Shown in pieces: positions 1 to 16,067 of a stretch of DNA of 64,000 nucleotides. The DNA is from the human T2T-CHM13v2.0 reference genome, Homo sapiens. The stretch's first letter is position 1. Each line of letters starts with the position of its first letter. A program made the position numbers and the translations under genes. The notes under the pieces are model-generated. The model ran no database searches and was not told the origin of the DNA. It saw nothing but the letters and a program-made list of their open reading frames with translations. The stretch lies in assembly GCF_009914755.1 (NCBI RefSeq), contig NC_060940.1; one strand, 5' to 3'.

Positions 1-379
1 GTATTAGATGGTGTTGAGGAACTGTTCATTTTCTGATCAGATAAAAGTATTGTGGCTATACAGGCTTATATTGACTATAGGAGCTGCAGTACTTCAAAGT
101 GAAGAGTCAAGTCTCTGCAGCTTACTTACTGATATTTATATATGCACACATAAATATGGCCAGTGTTGCAATATGTCAACAACTGTTGACTCTACTGGTG
201 GTGGTGAGCATACAGGCACATTCGTACACTACTCTTTCCATTTTGATTTTATTTTACGAAAAGTTGCAAGTACACCACCCTTTAGAGGCACTTACTACCA
301 CCATCCCCCCCTCAAACTCCAAATGACTCCACCAAGATGAAAGACACCAAGGCATGCTGGGAACTGAATATAAATTAAC

Positions 380-385
380 TTTATT
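380..385 (-). terminator. CIAO2B polyadenylation signal AATAAA
   Basis: TTTATT on the + strand, about 120 nt downstream of the CIAO2B stop codon. Confidence 0.8.
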
Positions 386-502
386 ACAAAAAGCAAAATG
401 TTAGTTTCTCATTGTGAGTGATTCAAGAAAACAACGGTAACAGCCCTGGCAGGAGCTGGGACCAGGATACCAGTATGCAGGCTGAGGGGTCAAAGGCCAG
501 GC

Positions 503-2664
503 TCAGGAGCGGGCTGACAGGCACTGATTCACAACCTCCAAGAGGTGGGTGTTCTCCAGGGCAGCTGCCACCCGCTCCTTATCTGCAAGTTGCTTGTTCA
601 CTAGGTGGGAAGAAGGGTGTGGGGAAGGCAGAGTCAAAGCTAGGCTCTGGCCAGAGTGCTAGCCAGCCCTACCTCTGAACCTCTATATAGGATATGTCCC
701 CCGCAGCAACAGAGCCCTCCTGTCACCTCCTTCCCAGGACCCCACATATTGATCAGGCTACTTCAACCACCTGAGCCCACCTAATCTGCCTTCTTAGGAT
801 CCCTCCCCCTGGCTGCCTCCTGCGCTGCTGAAGCCTGACACACTCTGGTCCTGTATATTTGGTGAGAGGGGATTTGGGAGAAGAGGACATGGTAAGCAAA
901 GGAGAGTCTTCTCAGGCCAGCTTCGGTCTAGGCTATAACCCATACTGAGGAGTCTCTGGCAATTTCACTCACACAGTTACCCATCTCCAGTCTTGCCCAT
1001 AGACTCCTGTGCAAGGGGGAAGCCTCAGACTGCTTAGGGGGTGCCCGGGCCAACACCCTCACCACCAGTCCACACTTACCTGCATGCTCTGAGGCATGGG
1101 TCCCCGGAGTAATGTGCACGTCCATCTGGGAGGGAGATAACCAGGGCCTGAACACCCACCCACCGACCCACACTTTTCCCTGCAGCCCCCAGACCCTCAG
1201 GCACCATCTCCAGCTGATCCTTCCTCCTAATCATGCCTTTGGACTCTGGCCCTTCCGTTACACCCCAAACCCATCCACAGGTATTCCAATTCTTTTTTTT
1301 TTTCCAAGACTGAGTCTTGCTCTGTTGCCCAGGCTGGAGTGCAGCAGCGCAATCTCGGCTCACTGCAACCTCTGTCTCCCAGGTTCAATTTGATTCTCCT
1401 TCCTCAGCCACCCGTGTAGCTGGGACCACAGGCACACACCACCACGCCCCACTAATTTTTGTATTTTTAGTAGAGATGAGATTTCACCATGTTGGCCAGG
1501 CTGGTCTCCAACTCCTAACCTCAGATGATCCACCCGCCTCAGCCTCCCAAAGTGCTGGGATTACAGGCGTGAGCCACCGCGCCCGGCCCTAGCTATTCCA
1601 ATTCTATCCAAAGAACTGGCCCACTACTGTTGATTTAAAGGCCTGCCTGTGCCCCACCCCTGGTCCAAACCCATCTGCCGCTCCCTACTGCCCTTCCTGC
1701 CACACTCTTCAATACTTTTCTCCACTTTCCAGCTCAGATCTTTATTCTTGTCACATCGACTTGGAAAGCTTCCTCCCAGTTTCCTCTCTGCTAATGGGGA
1801 TCCTTCCAGGCCCCACTCTGATGTCCTATCCATGTTCATGCTCTCCCAGTCCCCATCCTCAGCAGTAGACCCTCAATGCCTGGTCTCACTCCCGGGGCTC
1901 AGCTCCAACTGACCTTGAAACGCTGAGGAAGGGAGCGCAGAAGCTTGACCTTGATGGACAGACCAATAAGGGTGGCCATGCTGCAGTGCGGAATGGTTGG
2001 TGTGAAAGCCACAGCCACTGTACTCTCGGGGTCGCTAACCTGGTTGTGGAGGAGAGATGTCAAGAGTCAACCACCCTCAGCCCAAGGTCCCTCTTCTTAG
2101 TTTGTTGTTTTGGGCAAATCATCCAACTTCTATGGGCCTCAGTTTCAACACCCATAAAATAGGCACAACAATCTCCCTCCCCAAAGATACCCTTCGGTGT
2201 TCGTGAGCATAGAGCACGCCAGCTCCTGCTGCACAGAAACCTTTCTGACTCTCTGGAACAACTCGCTCCCCTCGGAAGTGACTCACCTGAACCCGCACCT
2301 GCTCTACTACGTTCAACTCCTCTAGCGTCAGTGGATGCTCCGGGTCATTGATGGAGCGAATCAGATGTGGGAAGTGAAGGAAAAGGGACTCTGCGCCCTT
2401 GCCCACTTAGAACCCTCTGCCAGGAACGCCCTGCTGGGATGCGGCTCCACCAGCTGCTCGATATCACTGCTCCCCCCACCGCAAGCCCCCGGAACCCGCC
2501 CGCGCCCAGCAGCGGCGGATATCGAAGATCTCGCGTGCGTCGATGCTGTCGGGAACCTGCTCGTCCTCCTCGCCTGCCGTCACAGGCCGCTCCCCAGAGC
2601 GCTGGTAGATGAGGGGGTTGGCATTCTCCAGGAGGCCGCCGCCGACCCCGCCGCCGCCTACCAT
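503..2664 (-). CDS. CIAO2B: Cytosolic iron-sulfur assembly component 2B (MIP18/FAM96B), 163 aa; complement(join(503..600,1080..1125,1914..2039,2287..2366,2523..2664))
   Basis: Exon lengths 142+80+126+46+98 = 492 nt = 163 aa + stop. Reads [22 protein letters not shown]...[11 protein letters not shown]...[16 protein letters not shown]...VNQCLSARS*. Introns 2-4 are GT-AG; intron 1 is AT-AC. Confidence 0.97.
1292..1588 (-). mobile_element. AluS in CIAO2B intron 3
   Basis: Full dimer, flanked by repeated TATTCCAATTCT. Confidence 0.9.
2367..2522 (-). other. U12-type (AT-AC) intron 1 of CIAO2B
   Basis: Starts ATATCCGC, branch-site-like TTCCTTCAC at 2382-2374, ends CCCAC. Removal restores the IF-D-LIRS reading frame. 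Confidence 0.9.
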
Positions 2665-4400
2665 CGCGGAACCACCACCGCTGATCCTAGCAGGCGTGCG
2701 CTTCCGCTCCAACCCGCGCACTTCCGGAGAACGGGAAGGGGGCGTGGCGTGGCGACGGAGTCGCGCGAGGGACACGCCGCGTTGTGGGTTCTCGGCCTGA
2801 GGTGCGAGAGAAGCGGTGACCGCGGCCCTGGCTGCTCGGACCCGGGAACATGATGGTCGCTGGAGCAGAAGGCGCTGAGAAGGGACCACGGCGGCGCTGG
2901 GTCGTGCGAGCCAGTAGCGGGCTGAAACGTAGAGGCCAGAACCAGGTCTCAGGGGGCACTAAAGGCGGTCGGAGGTAATCCCCACACCGCTTCCTCCTGG
3001 AAGTCAGGCTGGCCGGGAGCTCCCGTATCCAGGACGGTTGGTCGCCTCTGGCCTGGCAGGGATCCTAGTGTCTCGGGACCTCCCGGTGACGCGCCTGCCT
3101 CCCCTGCTGCACCATAGGCCCGGGAGTACGGCGTCCCCACAGCTTGGACCGGCAGGGGCTCGTGAAATGTTTGTCAAGTGGATAAATGACCATGGCCGTG
3201 GTCTCCGCGGGAGGTGAGGAAACTGAAAGCCACCGAGGAAAAGGGGGGCGCTCCTTAAGAAGTGCCGCGGTCACGTGTACGTTTCAAAAGAATGGCGTGA
3301 CTGAGTAGGGAGGGGACCGCGGAGACCCTCAGACCCTGGACTGTAAGGAGATGAGGGGCCGTGAAGGGGAACCCAGGAAACTGAGTCCTGAAAGCAAGGA
3401 GGAACTTCCAGAATGAAGGGCGCCGACACTCCTTCCTGCCTTTGCTCAAGCGGTTCCTTCACCCCGATCAAGTTCCTTCCCATTTCTCCATCTGGGGGAT
3501 CCTGAACGTGCACATCCTCAGAGAAGCCCTCCTGGGGTCTCCAATTCTAGTTTATTGCCCCCTCCTATCGATCCCCCAGCGCGCTCATCGGGCCTGTGGA
3601 CAAGGACAGGTTTGAAGAGAGGATTCCCTGGATCGCGGAAGGGCTGCAGGAATGGCACAGCCCCTTCCGAGGATGCCAAAGGAGCCCGGGCAAAGGAAAG
3701 TGGCCGTGCCCGGGCCTGCCTACCACTAGATCCCCACCCACCTATGACTGCTCAGTCCCGCTCTCCTACCACACCCACCTTTCCCGGCCCAAGCCAGCGC
3801 ACCCCGCTGACTCCCTGCCCAGTCCAAACTCCAAGGCTGGGCAAGGCACTGATCCACTGCTGGACAGACCCGGGGCAGCCTCTGGGTGAACAGCAGCGTG
3901 TCCGCCGGCAGCGAACCGAGACCAGCGAGCCGACCATGCGGCTGCACAGACTTCGTGCGCGGCTGAGCGCGGTGGCCTGTGGGCTTCTGCTGCTTCTTGT
4001 CCGGGGCCAGGGTGAGGCTCCCTCGGAGGGGCGACAGGGACCGGGCTCAGATCTGCCAAATGCTGCGGAGGCAGAACCTGACAGTGCGGGAGGGCAGGCG
4101 CCTGGGAGGTAGGAGCTGGTGGAGATGACAGCGTGGAACTCGTGAGCCCCACGCAACGCCTCCCCGCCGCCCAAGGTGGGCTCCTAGAAGCACAGAAAGG
4201 GTCGGGCTGGGGGACACCACGGCAAGGAACCAGCGGAGTACAGGGGCCCCAGGAGCGCCGGGACATGCCAGGCCGGGTAGGCAGCCTGGGGTCGGAGTGG
4301 GTGAGGGATTGGGGTGTGGGGATTCAGTCCATTTCCCTCTTATGATTGTGGCTGTAGCGGGTGCTGCCGGCCGGTAATAACAGTAATAGCTTCTGGCAGC
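2420..4400. promoter_or_regulatory. CpG island / bidirectional promoter shared by CIAO2B and CES2
   Basis: CpG-dense; genes are head-to-head. ETS/GABP-type CACTTCCGG (~2719-2727), NRF1-like GCGTGCGC (~2694-2701), E-box GTCACGTG (~3270-3277). Confidence 0.85.
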
Positions 4401-7400
4401 ATCTGGCTCTCAGTGTGTGGCGTCCTTGGCCAGGGGGGATGCCCTGAGCCCTCCAAAGGGGCCTCAGACAAGGATAGTGGTCCTTGGGGAACAGAAGCCC
4501 CCAGGCGCCAAATCCTAAAGCAGATCTAAGAGGCCACAGTGGCTGGGTGCGATTGGCTCACTCCTTTAATCCCACCACTTTAGAAGGCCAAGGGAGAGTA
4601 TCGCTTGTGCCCAGGAGTTGGAGGCCAGCCTGGACAACATAGTGAGACTCGGAGTGTACAAAAAATTGAAAGAAATTAGTGGGCTGTGGTGGTCTGTGAC
4701 CTGTAGTCCCAGCTACTTGGGAGGCTGAGGTGGGAGATCACTTTAGTAGGGGAGGTTGAGGCTGCAGTGAGCCTTCATCCCACTACTGCACTCCAGCCTG
4801 GGTGAAAAAGCAAAAATCTGTCTCCAGAAACAAGAACCAAAGAGCTCGTGGTGTCCCTCATGCCATTTACCTCATCCTGGGCAAGGGCACAACTTGGCTT
4901 CCAGGGCAAAGGTGAAGGCTCTGTGTGCCTGCCAGGCTTCTCCAGGCCCTTATCAGAAGCTGGGGGAGTGTTTCGGCCTTTGGTCCTCTCACCCGAAACT
5001 CTCCTAAGTGTATGATCTGTCTCTTCCAACCCTTCCCCAATTTAATTTGCGCAGGTGGAGTCCATACTCCCCCCGCCCCATGGTGCACTGCTGCAGGGCT
5101 TCCTCCCGTGCCTGCCCTTGACCACATTCTAGAGTTCACCAGGAGCCCAGCAGGAAGATCTGCCTGGCCTCACAGATGGCTACCTTTTAAAATATTTTGG
5201 GCCAGGCACAGTGGCTCACACCTGTTATCCCAGCACTTTGAGAGGCAGAGATGGGAGGATCACTTGAGGCTAGGAGTTAGAGACCAGCTTGGGCAACAAG
5301 ACTTGTCTCTACCAAAAAAAAAAAAAAAAAAAGTCAAGCATGGTGGCAGACAGCTGTACTCCAAGCTACTCAGGAGGCTGTGGCGGGAGGATCTCAAGCC
5401 CAGGAGGTGGAGGCTGCAGTGAGCTGTTATCATATTACTGCATTCCAGCCTGGGCAACAGATGGCGACCTTGTCTGACAAATATATATGTATACAAAATT
5501 TTGGGTTGGACCCACATTCAGAAAAAATAATTGACAAGCCATAGGAGGGTACAGGTGATGTGTGCCATCCTCTTTTTACCCAACCAGTCCTGGCTTCTCC
5601 TCAGGGGCCATCAAAGTCCCCATGGCCCACACTGGAAACTGCTTGTTGACACCGCAGTACACACAGTGCCCAGCAGTTTACACAAGAATAGATGTGTGCA
5701 CTTGTCCTTGATTTTCATCTAAACAGTCATAAACTCACCCACTTTCTGGAGCCAGGCTTTTCTACAGCTGGGACTACAGGCATGCACCACCACACCCCGC
5801 CAATTTATTTCCTGATTTTTTTGCAGAGACAGAGTCCCACTATGGTCCCCAGGCCAGTCACTGTGCTTTTTATATCCCAGCCACAGCCATACTTTTCTCT
5901 TGCACCTCTTTTCACCAACATCACTCATGGTTTGGATGATGCTTTCTTTACATGATTTCTTGCCACTTTGGACATGACATCCCTGAGGACAAGAAACTTG
6001 CCTGCCCAATTCCCACCATCATCCTACTGTCACATGACCTGGCACACAGTTGAAGGACACTCTAGTCCCATCAAGGGCATGTGACCCTTTGTTTGAAGGT
6101 CCTAGGGCTGAATGATGATGCCTGGCCCCAAGGAGCCTCAGCCTGGTGGGATGGAGACAGGCCCAGGAAGCCAGAGCGGGAAGGGAGTGTTACAGGCAGG
6201 AAGTTTGTAAAGCCCATGTTTACAGATCAGAGTCCCTTGAGCTAAGATGAGGATGGCAAGGAAGCAGCAATACCAACAGTTGGGAGGGCAGTCGATTGGT
6301 CAAACCCAACCGTGATGTCTGTCTCTCTGCCCACAGGCCAGGACTCAGCCAGTCCCATCCGGACCACACACACGGGGCAGGTGCTGGGGAGTCTTGTCCA
6401 TGTGAAGGGCGCCAATGCCGGGGTCCAAACCTTCCTGGGAATTCCATTTGCCAAGCCACCTCTAGGTCCGCTGCGATTTGCACCCCCTGAGCCCCCTGAA
6501 TCTTGGAGTGGTGTGAGGGATGGAACCACCCATCCGGCCATGTAAGCTCTCCAAGGGGTCCAGGGAACTCCAGGCCCTGGGGCAGGGGTGGGGGTGCTCT
6601 GAGCTCAGCTAGGCTGCAGTTATCATTTCATCTAAACCCCCACAGCCAGTTTTCCTTCTGAGTTTCGTGGATTCCCACGTGCATTTTTCCAATGAGCATG
6701 CTGAGGCTCAGGAGGGCAGAATAACTTCTCAGACTCCTGGATCAGGGCTTGGCATTCAGAAGACATTGGCTCCAGGTGCCGAAGGGAGGGGCAGACACAC
6801 GTATCTCCCCAGATTCTGGTTATGCCAAGCTTTCTCTGCCACCAGTGGCAGGTGTCTCTGGGAAAGGTTCGGGTTGGCTCTATGAACCTTGTAGGAGCCC
6901 CTAACTCTAGTGGCAGATGTTGCAAATACCTGAAGAGAACAGTAGTGGTAGCTTTCTGGGGACCTGCACTCTCCACAGGCACTGTGTCCACTGACAGGAC
7001 CAGGAGCCATTGGCCAAGAGACATGTATATGTATATGTATATGTTTCCAACTGGAGGCCATGTAGGAATGATGAGTTTTTGAGAGTTTAGACTTGGGATG
7101 AGAGACATCCCACTGCCCTTCTCATGAGAAATTAACATCCATTCACTCATGTAGCACACATATGTGGGCTACTCCCCTGTCCCAGGCCTTACGGGTTACA
7201 GGAATATAGTGGTGAATGTCAACACATGCAGCCAATGGTTCTCATAGAAACCCCTAAGAGTCAAGGTTTCCGGCAGTGCGAGGAATGATACCCAAGGTCC
7301 TCAGTAACCTCGAGGCCTCCCTGGAAGTCCAAGCTGCATCCCAGCTTCCCCAGAGCCTGTGGCCTGTAACTTGGTGGGAAGGGATTTTTGAGAGGGATCA

Positions 7401-10400
7401 TGTGTGAGCAGGATATTGTGGGAAGGGTCTGAGGGTGGCTGGGAGCACCTCTGAACCCAGGGTCTGGTTTTGGCCACAGCCTGGCCCCTGGACTGATTAT
7501 TTGCCCTGGTTACCAGGTGTCTACAGGACCTCACCGCAGTGGAGTCAGAGTTTCTTAGCCAGTTCAACATGACCTTCCCTTCCGACTCCATGTCTGAGGA
7601 CTGCCTGTACCTCAGCATCTACACGCCGGCCCATAGCCATGAAGGCTCTAACCTGCCGGTGGGTGTCAGGCCACAGTTCACTGGGGGTTGGAGGACAGTT
7701 CTTCTGCAAGAAGCTGAAAAGGACAATATTAGCTCAGGCCCTGCTTCAGAGTGGACCATGCTGAGAAGCTTCTCACTGTCAGGTCCAAGAAATGCTCCTT
7801 ACCCAGACTGGGCAGCTGGCCCCTGGACATGGGGTCACAGAGTTCTGGCTGCTCCCAGAGGTCAAAGGCTGTGGCTCTGGGCTGGACCCAGGACTCACTC
7901 AGCCAACTCATGCCAGGAGATCCACTTAAGTGCCAAAGGGCTGCACCTTGAGGTGACCAAGAACCCCAGCCATGGATAATCTGTTGGGCCTATAGAATGG
8001 GCACACACAAAAACTTTTTTTCTTAGAGATGGCATCATGCTCTGTTGCCCAGGCTAAAATGCAGTGGCATGAACATACCTCTCTGTAACCTCGAAATCCG
8101 GGATGATCCTCTCAGATTAGCCTCCCGAGTAGCTGGGACTACTGGCCTATTCCACCATGCCTGGCTCATTTTTAAAACATTTTCTGTTGAAACGGGGTCT
8201 CACTATGTGGTTCAGGCTAAGGACATTTTTGGTTAATGTTCATGTGGAGCCATCAGGGAGACACCCCTTTTCTTTCCACTTTGGTGAATTATCTGGGGTT
8301 AATGAACCCAGGCTTTGATACAGGGGGTTCGATTGCAAAGATTGGGAGGCCTGGTCTTCCTGATAGATCTTGGGTGCCTAACCATTTGCCCATGTAATGA
8401 ATTTGTGCTGGAGATCTAATGGGGAGGTAGACAGAGGCAAAGCACTGGTTGGTCTAGGTAGTGGCCCTGGTGGGGTTTGGGCTGGGTGGGAGCATCATGG
8501 TAGCTGCCTTGATTTCCCCAGGTGATGGTGTGGATCCACGGTGGTGCGCTTGTTTTTGGCATGGCTTCCTTGTATGATGGTTCCATGCTGGCTGCCTTGG
8601 AGAACGTGGTGGTGGTCATCATCCAGTACCGCCTGGGTGTCCTGGGCTTCTTCAGGTGAGACTAGGGCTGGGCTGGGCAACCCGGGCTGAGCGGGGCCAG
8701 GACAGCCCTGTGATCCCTGTCCCTGCTACTTCTCAGCACTGGAGACAAGCACGCAACCGGCAACTGGGGCTACCTGGACCAAGTGGCTGCACTACGCTGG
8801 GTCCAGCAGAATATCGCCCACTTTGGAGGCAACCCTGACCGTGTCACCATTTTTGGCGAGTCTGCGGGTGGCACGAGTGTGTCTTCGCTTGTTGTGTCCC
8901 CCATATCCCAAGGACTCTTCCACGGAGCCATCATGGAGAGTGGCGTGGCCCTCCTGCCCGGCCTCATTGCCAGCTCAGCTGATGTCATCTCCACGGTGAG
9001 TGCCCTCAGCTGAAGAGGCCTAGGCCTGCTCCCTCCCCTCATATCCCTCAGAGCCTCTGTCTGTTAAACGGGGATGACAAGGGCCATCGGGAGCATGCTC
9101 CAGGAGCTGCTGCCTACCGTGGAATTGCTGGGGGGCTCCAGGGTCAGAATTCACATCCTTCTGCCATTGCAGAGGCCGAGCTTGTTCTGTGGCTCCTGTG
9201 CAAAGTTGTCACCCTAGGGATCCCCACCATGAGGAGAATCATCTAGGCGGATGGGATGGCCCCTGTGTCTGGGACTTCTGAGTTGGAACAGTGTCAGAAC
9301 TGCAGGAACTCATACGAAGTACCCTCTGAGATTTGGGGTACCCCTGTTCTTGGCCAGGGCCTTGGGCAAACTCCTCTCCTCTACCTGGAAGGATGAGCCA
9401 GCCCCTGCCTGGTCCCTTTACAGGTGGTGGCCAACCTGTCTGCCTGTGACCAAGTTGACTCTGAGGCCCTGGTGGGCTGCCTGCGGGGCAAGAGTAAAGA
9501 GGAGATTCTTGCAATTAACAAGGTTGGTCTAAATGGATGTGGGTGTAGAGGAAGGGGTGCAATAGGCATGGGGCTGGCAGGCCTGCACGGCCGTCATATT
9601 CCCTGGGCACATTACCTCATCTGCATGCCTGAGTGTCATAGCCCTGGGTCGGGACTGAAGGTCGGTGCATGCTGAGCCAAACAGTAATCTCCTGGGGTGG
9701 GTATGAGCATCCAGGGATAAACTGGGAAGGAGTGGAAGGTACTCAGAGGGCATCGGAAGATGTCTGGGACCTGACCTTGTTCCCTGACCTTACATTTCCC
9801 CTCAGCCTTTCAAGATGATCCCCGGAGTGGTGGATGGGGTCTTCCTGCCCAGGCACCCCCAGGAGCTGCTGGCCTCTGCCGACTTTCAGCCTGTCCCTAG
9901 CATTGTTGGTGTCAACAACAATGAATTCGGCTGGCTCATCCCCAAGGTGAGCCCCAACCCAAGCCCACAAGTGCCTGGGGAGCCCATCTGGTAGTGGGGG
10001 GTGTTCAGGGCTTCATAGCTCCAGGCTCATCCCATCCCCAGCTACAGACTCTCTCCTGGCCATCCAGGTCATGAGGATCTATGATACCCAGAAGGAAATG
10101 GACAGAGAGGCCTCCCAGGCTGCTCTGCAGAAAATGTTAACGCTGCTGGTAAGGCTCCTGGGGTCCCTCGCCAATGGAGACGGGCTCCTCTCCTGTCCTG
10201 AGACAGAGGAAATTCAACCCCCAGATACCCTTCCTATGTAGTGACCCCCATGAGCAAAGGCCTGGGTGTGTGTGTTTAGGGGTGGGGTCACCTCAGAGCC
10301 TCGCCTTTGCTCCCCCTTCCTGTGCCATCCCCAAGCCCGAGACCACCTCCTCCCTGCCCCTGGCATCCAGTCTAACCTGCCTCTTCCTGATCCACCTGGG

Positions 10401-12325
10401 GTAGATGTTGCCTCCTACATTTGGTGACCTGCTGAGGGAGGAGTACATTGGGGACAATGGGGATCCCCAGACCCTCCAAGCGCAGTTCCAGGAGATGATG
10501 GCGGACTCCATGTTTGTGATCCCTGCACTCCAAGTAGCACATTTTCAGTGTGAGTATATTTGGACCAAAGCCTGGCGGGCAGGGTACAGCTCAGGGCTGT
10601 GGGTCCCAGGTGAGACCTGCTGCTGTCCGGGTCAGCACTCATGTTTATTGGGCTCCGGGGACACTTGACATCCATCATTGCAGTAAATCCTCATGGCTAG
10701 CCCAAGAATCCGACATTTCCCCCATTTCACAGACGAGCAAATTGAAGTTAGGGACCTTCAGTGACTTGCCCAAGATGACACAGCAAAGAATCGCAAGTCC
10801 TTTCCTCTATTCCTGCCCCAGCCTGGGGCTCCACACCCCATTGTCCAGATTCCAGCCAGCTTTGGACCTAGGTATCTTATCACCATGGGTGAGGCAAGAA
10901 GTCTTCAGGGGGAGGGGCCACCGTGTCATGGGCTGTCCACCCCACAGGTTCCCGGGCCCCTGTGTACTTCTACGAGTTCCAGCATCAGCCCAGCTGGCTC
11001 AAGAACATCAGGCCACCGCACATGAAGGCAGACCATGGTGATGAGCTTCCTTTTGTTTTCAGAAGTTTCTTTGGGGGCAACTACAGTGAGTCTTCTTCCT
11101 TTCCCGGGAGGTGGGCTGGGATTCTGGCTGGGTCTCTGAGCGATGATTGATTGTCCTCACTGCCCAGATAAGGAAACTGAGGCTCAGAGAGAGGATGAGA
11201 TCAGGTGTCCAAGGTTTTATAGCTCCAAAAGCTGCACCAGGATTAGAATTCACGACTCTTCAGACTGTGAGCTGTGCTCCCTCTGCCTCTCCCCAGCCAT
11301 GGGTGTCTGGCCTGGTGCAGAACAGGTGTTTCAGGGACATGTTTATTTCTTCAGTGACTCCCAGAGATAGAAGGAAGAAGGGGCCTTTGGGGCCATGAAG
11401 GAGCCCAGGATGGAGTCAGCCAGAGCCTGGTCTACAGGGAAAGTTTGGAAAAGGGGAGGGCTGGCTTCTGAGGGCAGTGGAAGAAAAAGCGGAGAAGCAG
11501 GACTGGGGACCGAGGTCTCGGGGGCCAAGGACGAGCTCCACCTGGGATGCTGAGGTTGGACATCCTGATGAAGACACATGTCCTCTTCCTCTTGGCAGTT
11601 AAATTCACTGAGGAAGAGGAGCAGCTAAGCAGGAAGATGATGAAGTACTGGGCCAACTTTGCGAGAAATGGGTGAGACAGCACACCCCTGCCTCAACCTC
11701 CCCGATTGGGGGACTTGTGCCCATCCAGTGCTCTCCTAGTCTGGGGTGACCTCATGAGCACACCCGCATCCTTCATCACATGATGGCCCCTTCCCCAGCT
11801 CCGGGACCCACTCAGACAGGGTGGGGGTGCGTGGGGCAGTGGACACGCTCTATCTCTCCAGTCTACCTGGAGGGTGGGCGCCAGTGCTGTGCCACCGTCA
11901 GGGCCTCCCTCTCAGAGAGAGGGACACAACAGAGCTGGCTGCCCTCCCCCAACCCCCACTGGTGCTGACACTAGCCAGAGGGAGCTTATTTCCTGTTTCT
12001 GGAAGCCTCCCCACTCATTCCCCAAGCCCACCTGGCCTGCTTGGCTGCCTTGCCTGACCAGACTCAGGGTGCTCAGGTCTGGGCTTCGGGGGCCCAGAGT
12101 GACCCTCATACTGCCCTGCTGGGATGGCATGTCTACAGGAACCCCAATGGCGAGGGTCTGCCACACTGGCCGCTGTTCGACCAGGAGGAGCAATACCTGC
12201 AGCTGAACCTACAGCCTGCGGTGGGCCGGGCTCTGAAGGCCCACAGGCTCCAGTTCTGGAAGAAGGCGCTGCCCCAAAAGATCCAGGAGCTCGAGGAGCC
12301 TGAAGAGAGACACACAGAGCTGTAG
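3936..12325 (+). CDS. CES2: Carboxylesterase 2, 559 aa; join(3936..4011,6337..6541,7517..7658,8522..8655,8737..8995,9424..9522,9806..9946,10068..10148,10405..10549,10948..11085,11599..11671,12139..12325). In-frame upstream ATG at 3744 gives 623 aa.
   Basis: 12 GT-AG exons sum to 1680 nt = 559 aa + stop. Signal peptide [27 protein letters not shown], oxyanion HGG, nucleophile GESAG (8855-8869), catalytic His in ADHGDE, C-terminal ER-retrieval HTEL. Confidence 0.98.
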
Positions 12326-12488
12326 CTCCCTGTGCCGGGGAGGAGGGGGTGGGTTCGCTGACAGGCGAGGGTCAGCCTGCTGTGCCCACACACACCCACT
12401 AAGGAGAAAGAAGTTGATTCCTTCATTCACTTCGCCATTCATTCATACTTCCGTCCATCCATTCAGAAAGCATTTATTAAGAATTTAC

Positions 12489-13090
<602 letters not shown>

Positions 13091-13373
13091 TTAGTTACCA
13101 AGCCTGCCATGGGTCCTCTCTTGCTAGACACACTCCATAGATCCCCCCACTGAGCTGTGGATGGGCAAACCCCGGTGGAATCCCACCCTCCCCAACACCC
13201 CACTGAGCCCTGGGCCCCCTCCTCCCTTCCTCACCTCCACCTTCTCCCTGCCTTCTCTCTTCTCTCGTCTGAGCCCCCAGGCCTTTTCCACTTTGAGGGA
13301 GGTGCTTCGAAGAATGTTGCCCACACCTAAGTGTTAGAAGCCTATGTCCGTTCATCCCTGAGAGGTCTGAAAG

Positions 13374-13385
13374 AATAAAAATAAA
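13374..13385 (+). terminator. CES2 distal polyadenylation signals (tandem AATAAA)
   Basis: AATAAA at 13374-13379 and 13380-13385 in unique sequence about 1 kb after the stop. Further AATAAA in the A-rich tract near 12740. Confidence 0.7.
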
Positions 13386-13450
13386 TTCTAAAAAAAGCCT
13401 CTGTCTGCCTCTCCCCAAGCCCCAAGTGCTCTTACATCTGTGAGTGGCCA

Positions 13451-13884
<434 letters not shown>

Positions 13885-13929
13885 TCATCACAACACTTTG
13901 GGAGGCCGAGGTGGGTGGATCACTTGACC

Positions 13930-16027
<2,098 letters not shown>

Positions 16028-16067
16028 CAGACACTGTAAGGCCCATAGTTACAGGACCATAGTACAC

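Noticed and set aside
2665-2889. Apparent N-terminal extension of CIAO2B in the ORF track
   Set aside because: Starts at a GTG in a GC-rich, stop-poor island; no in-frame upstream ATG seen.
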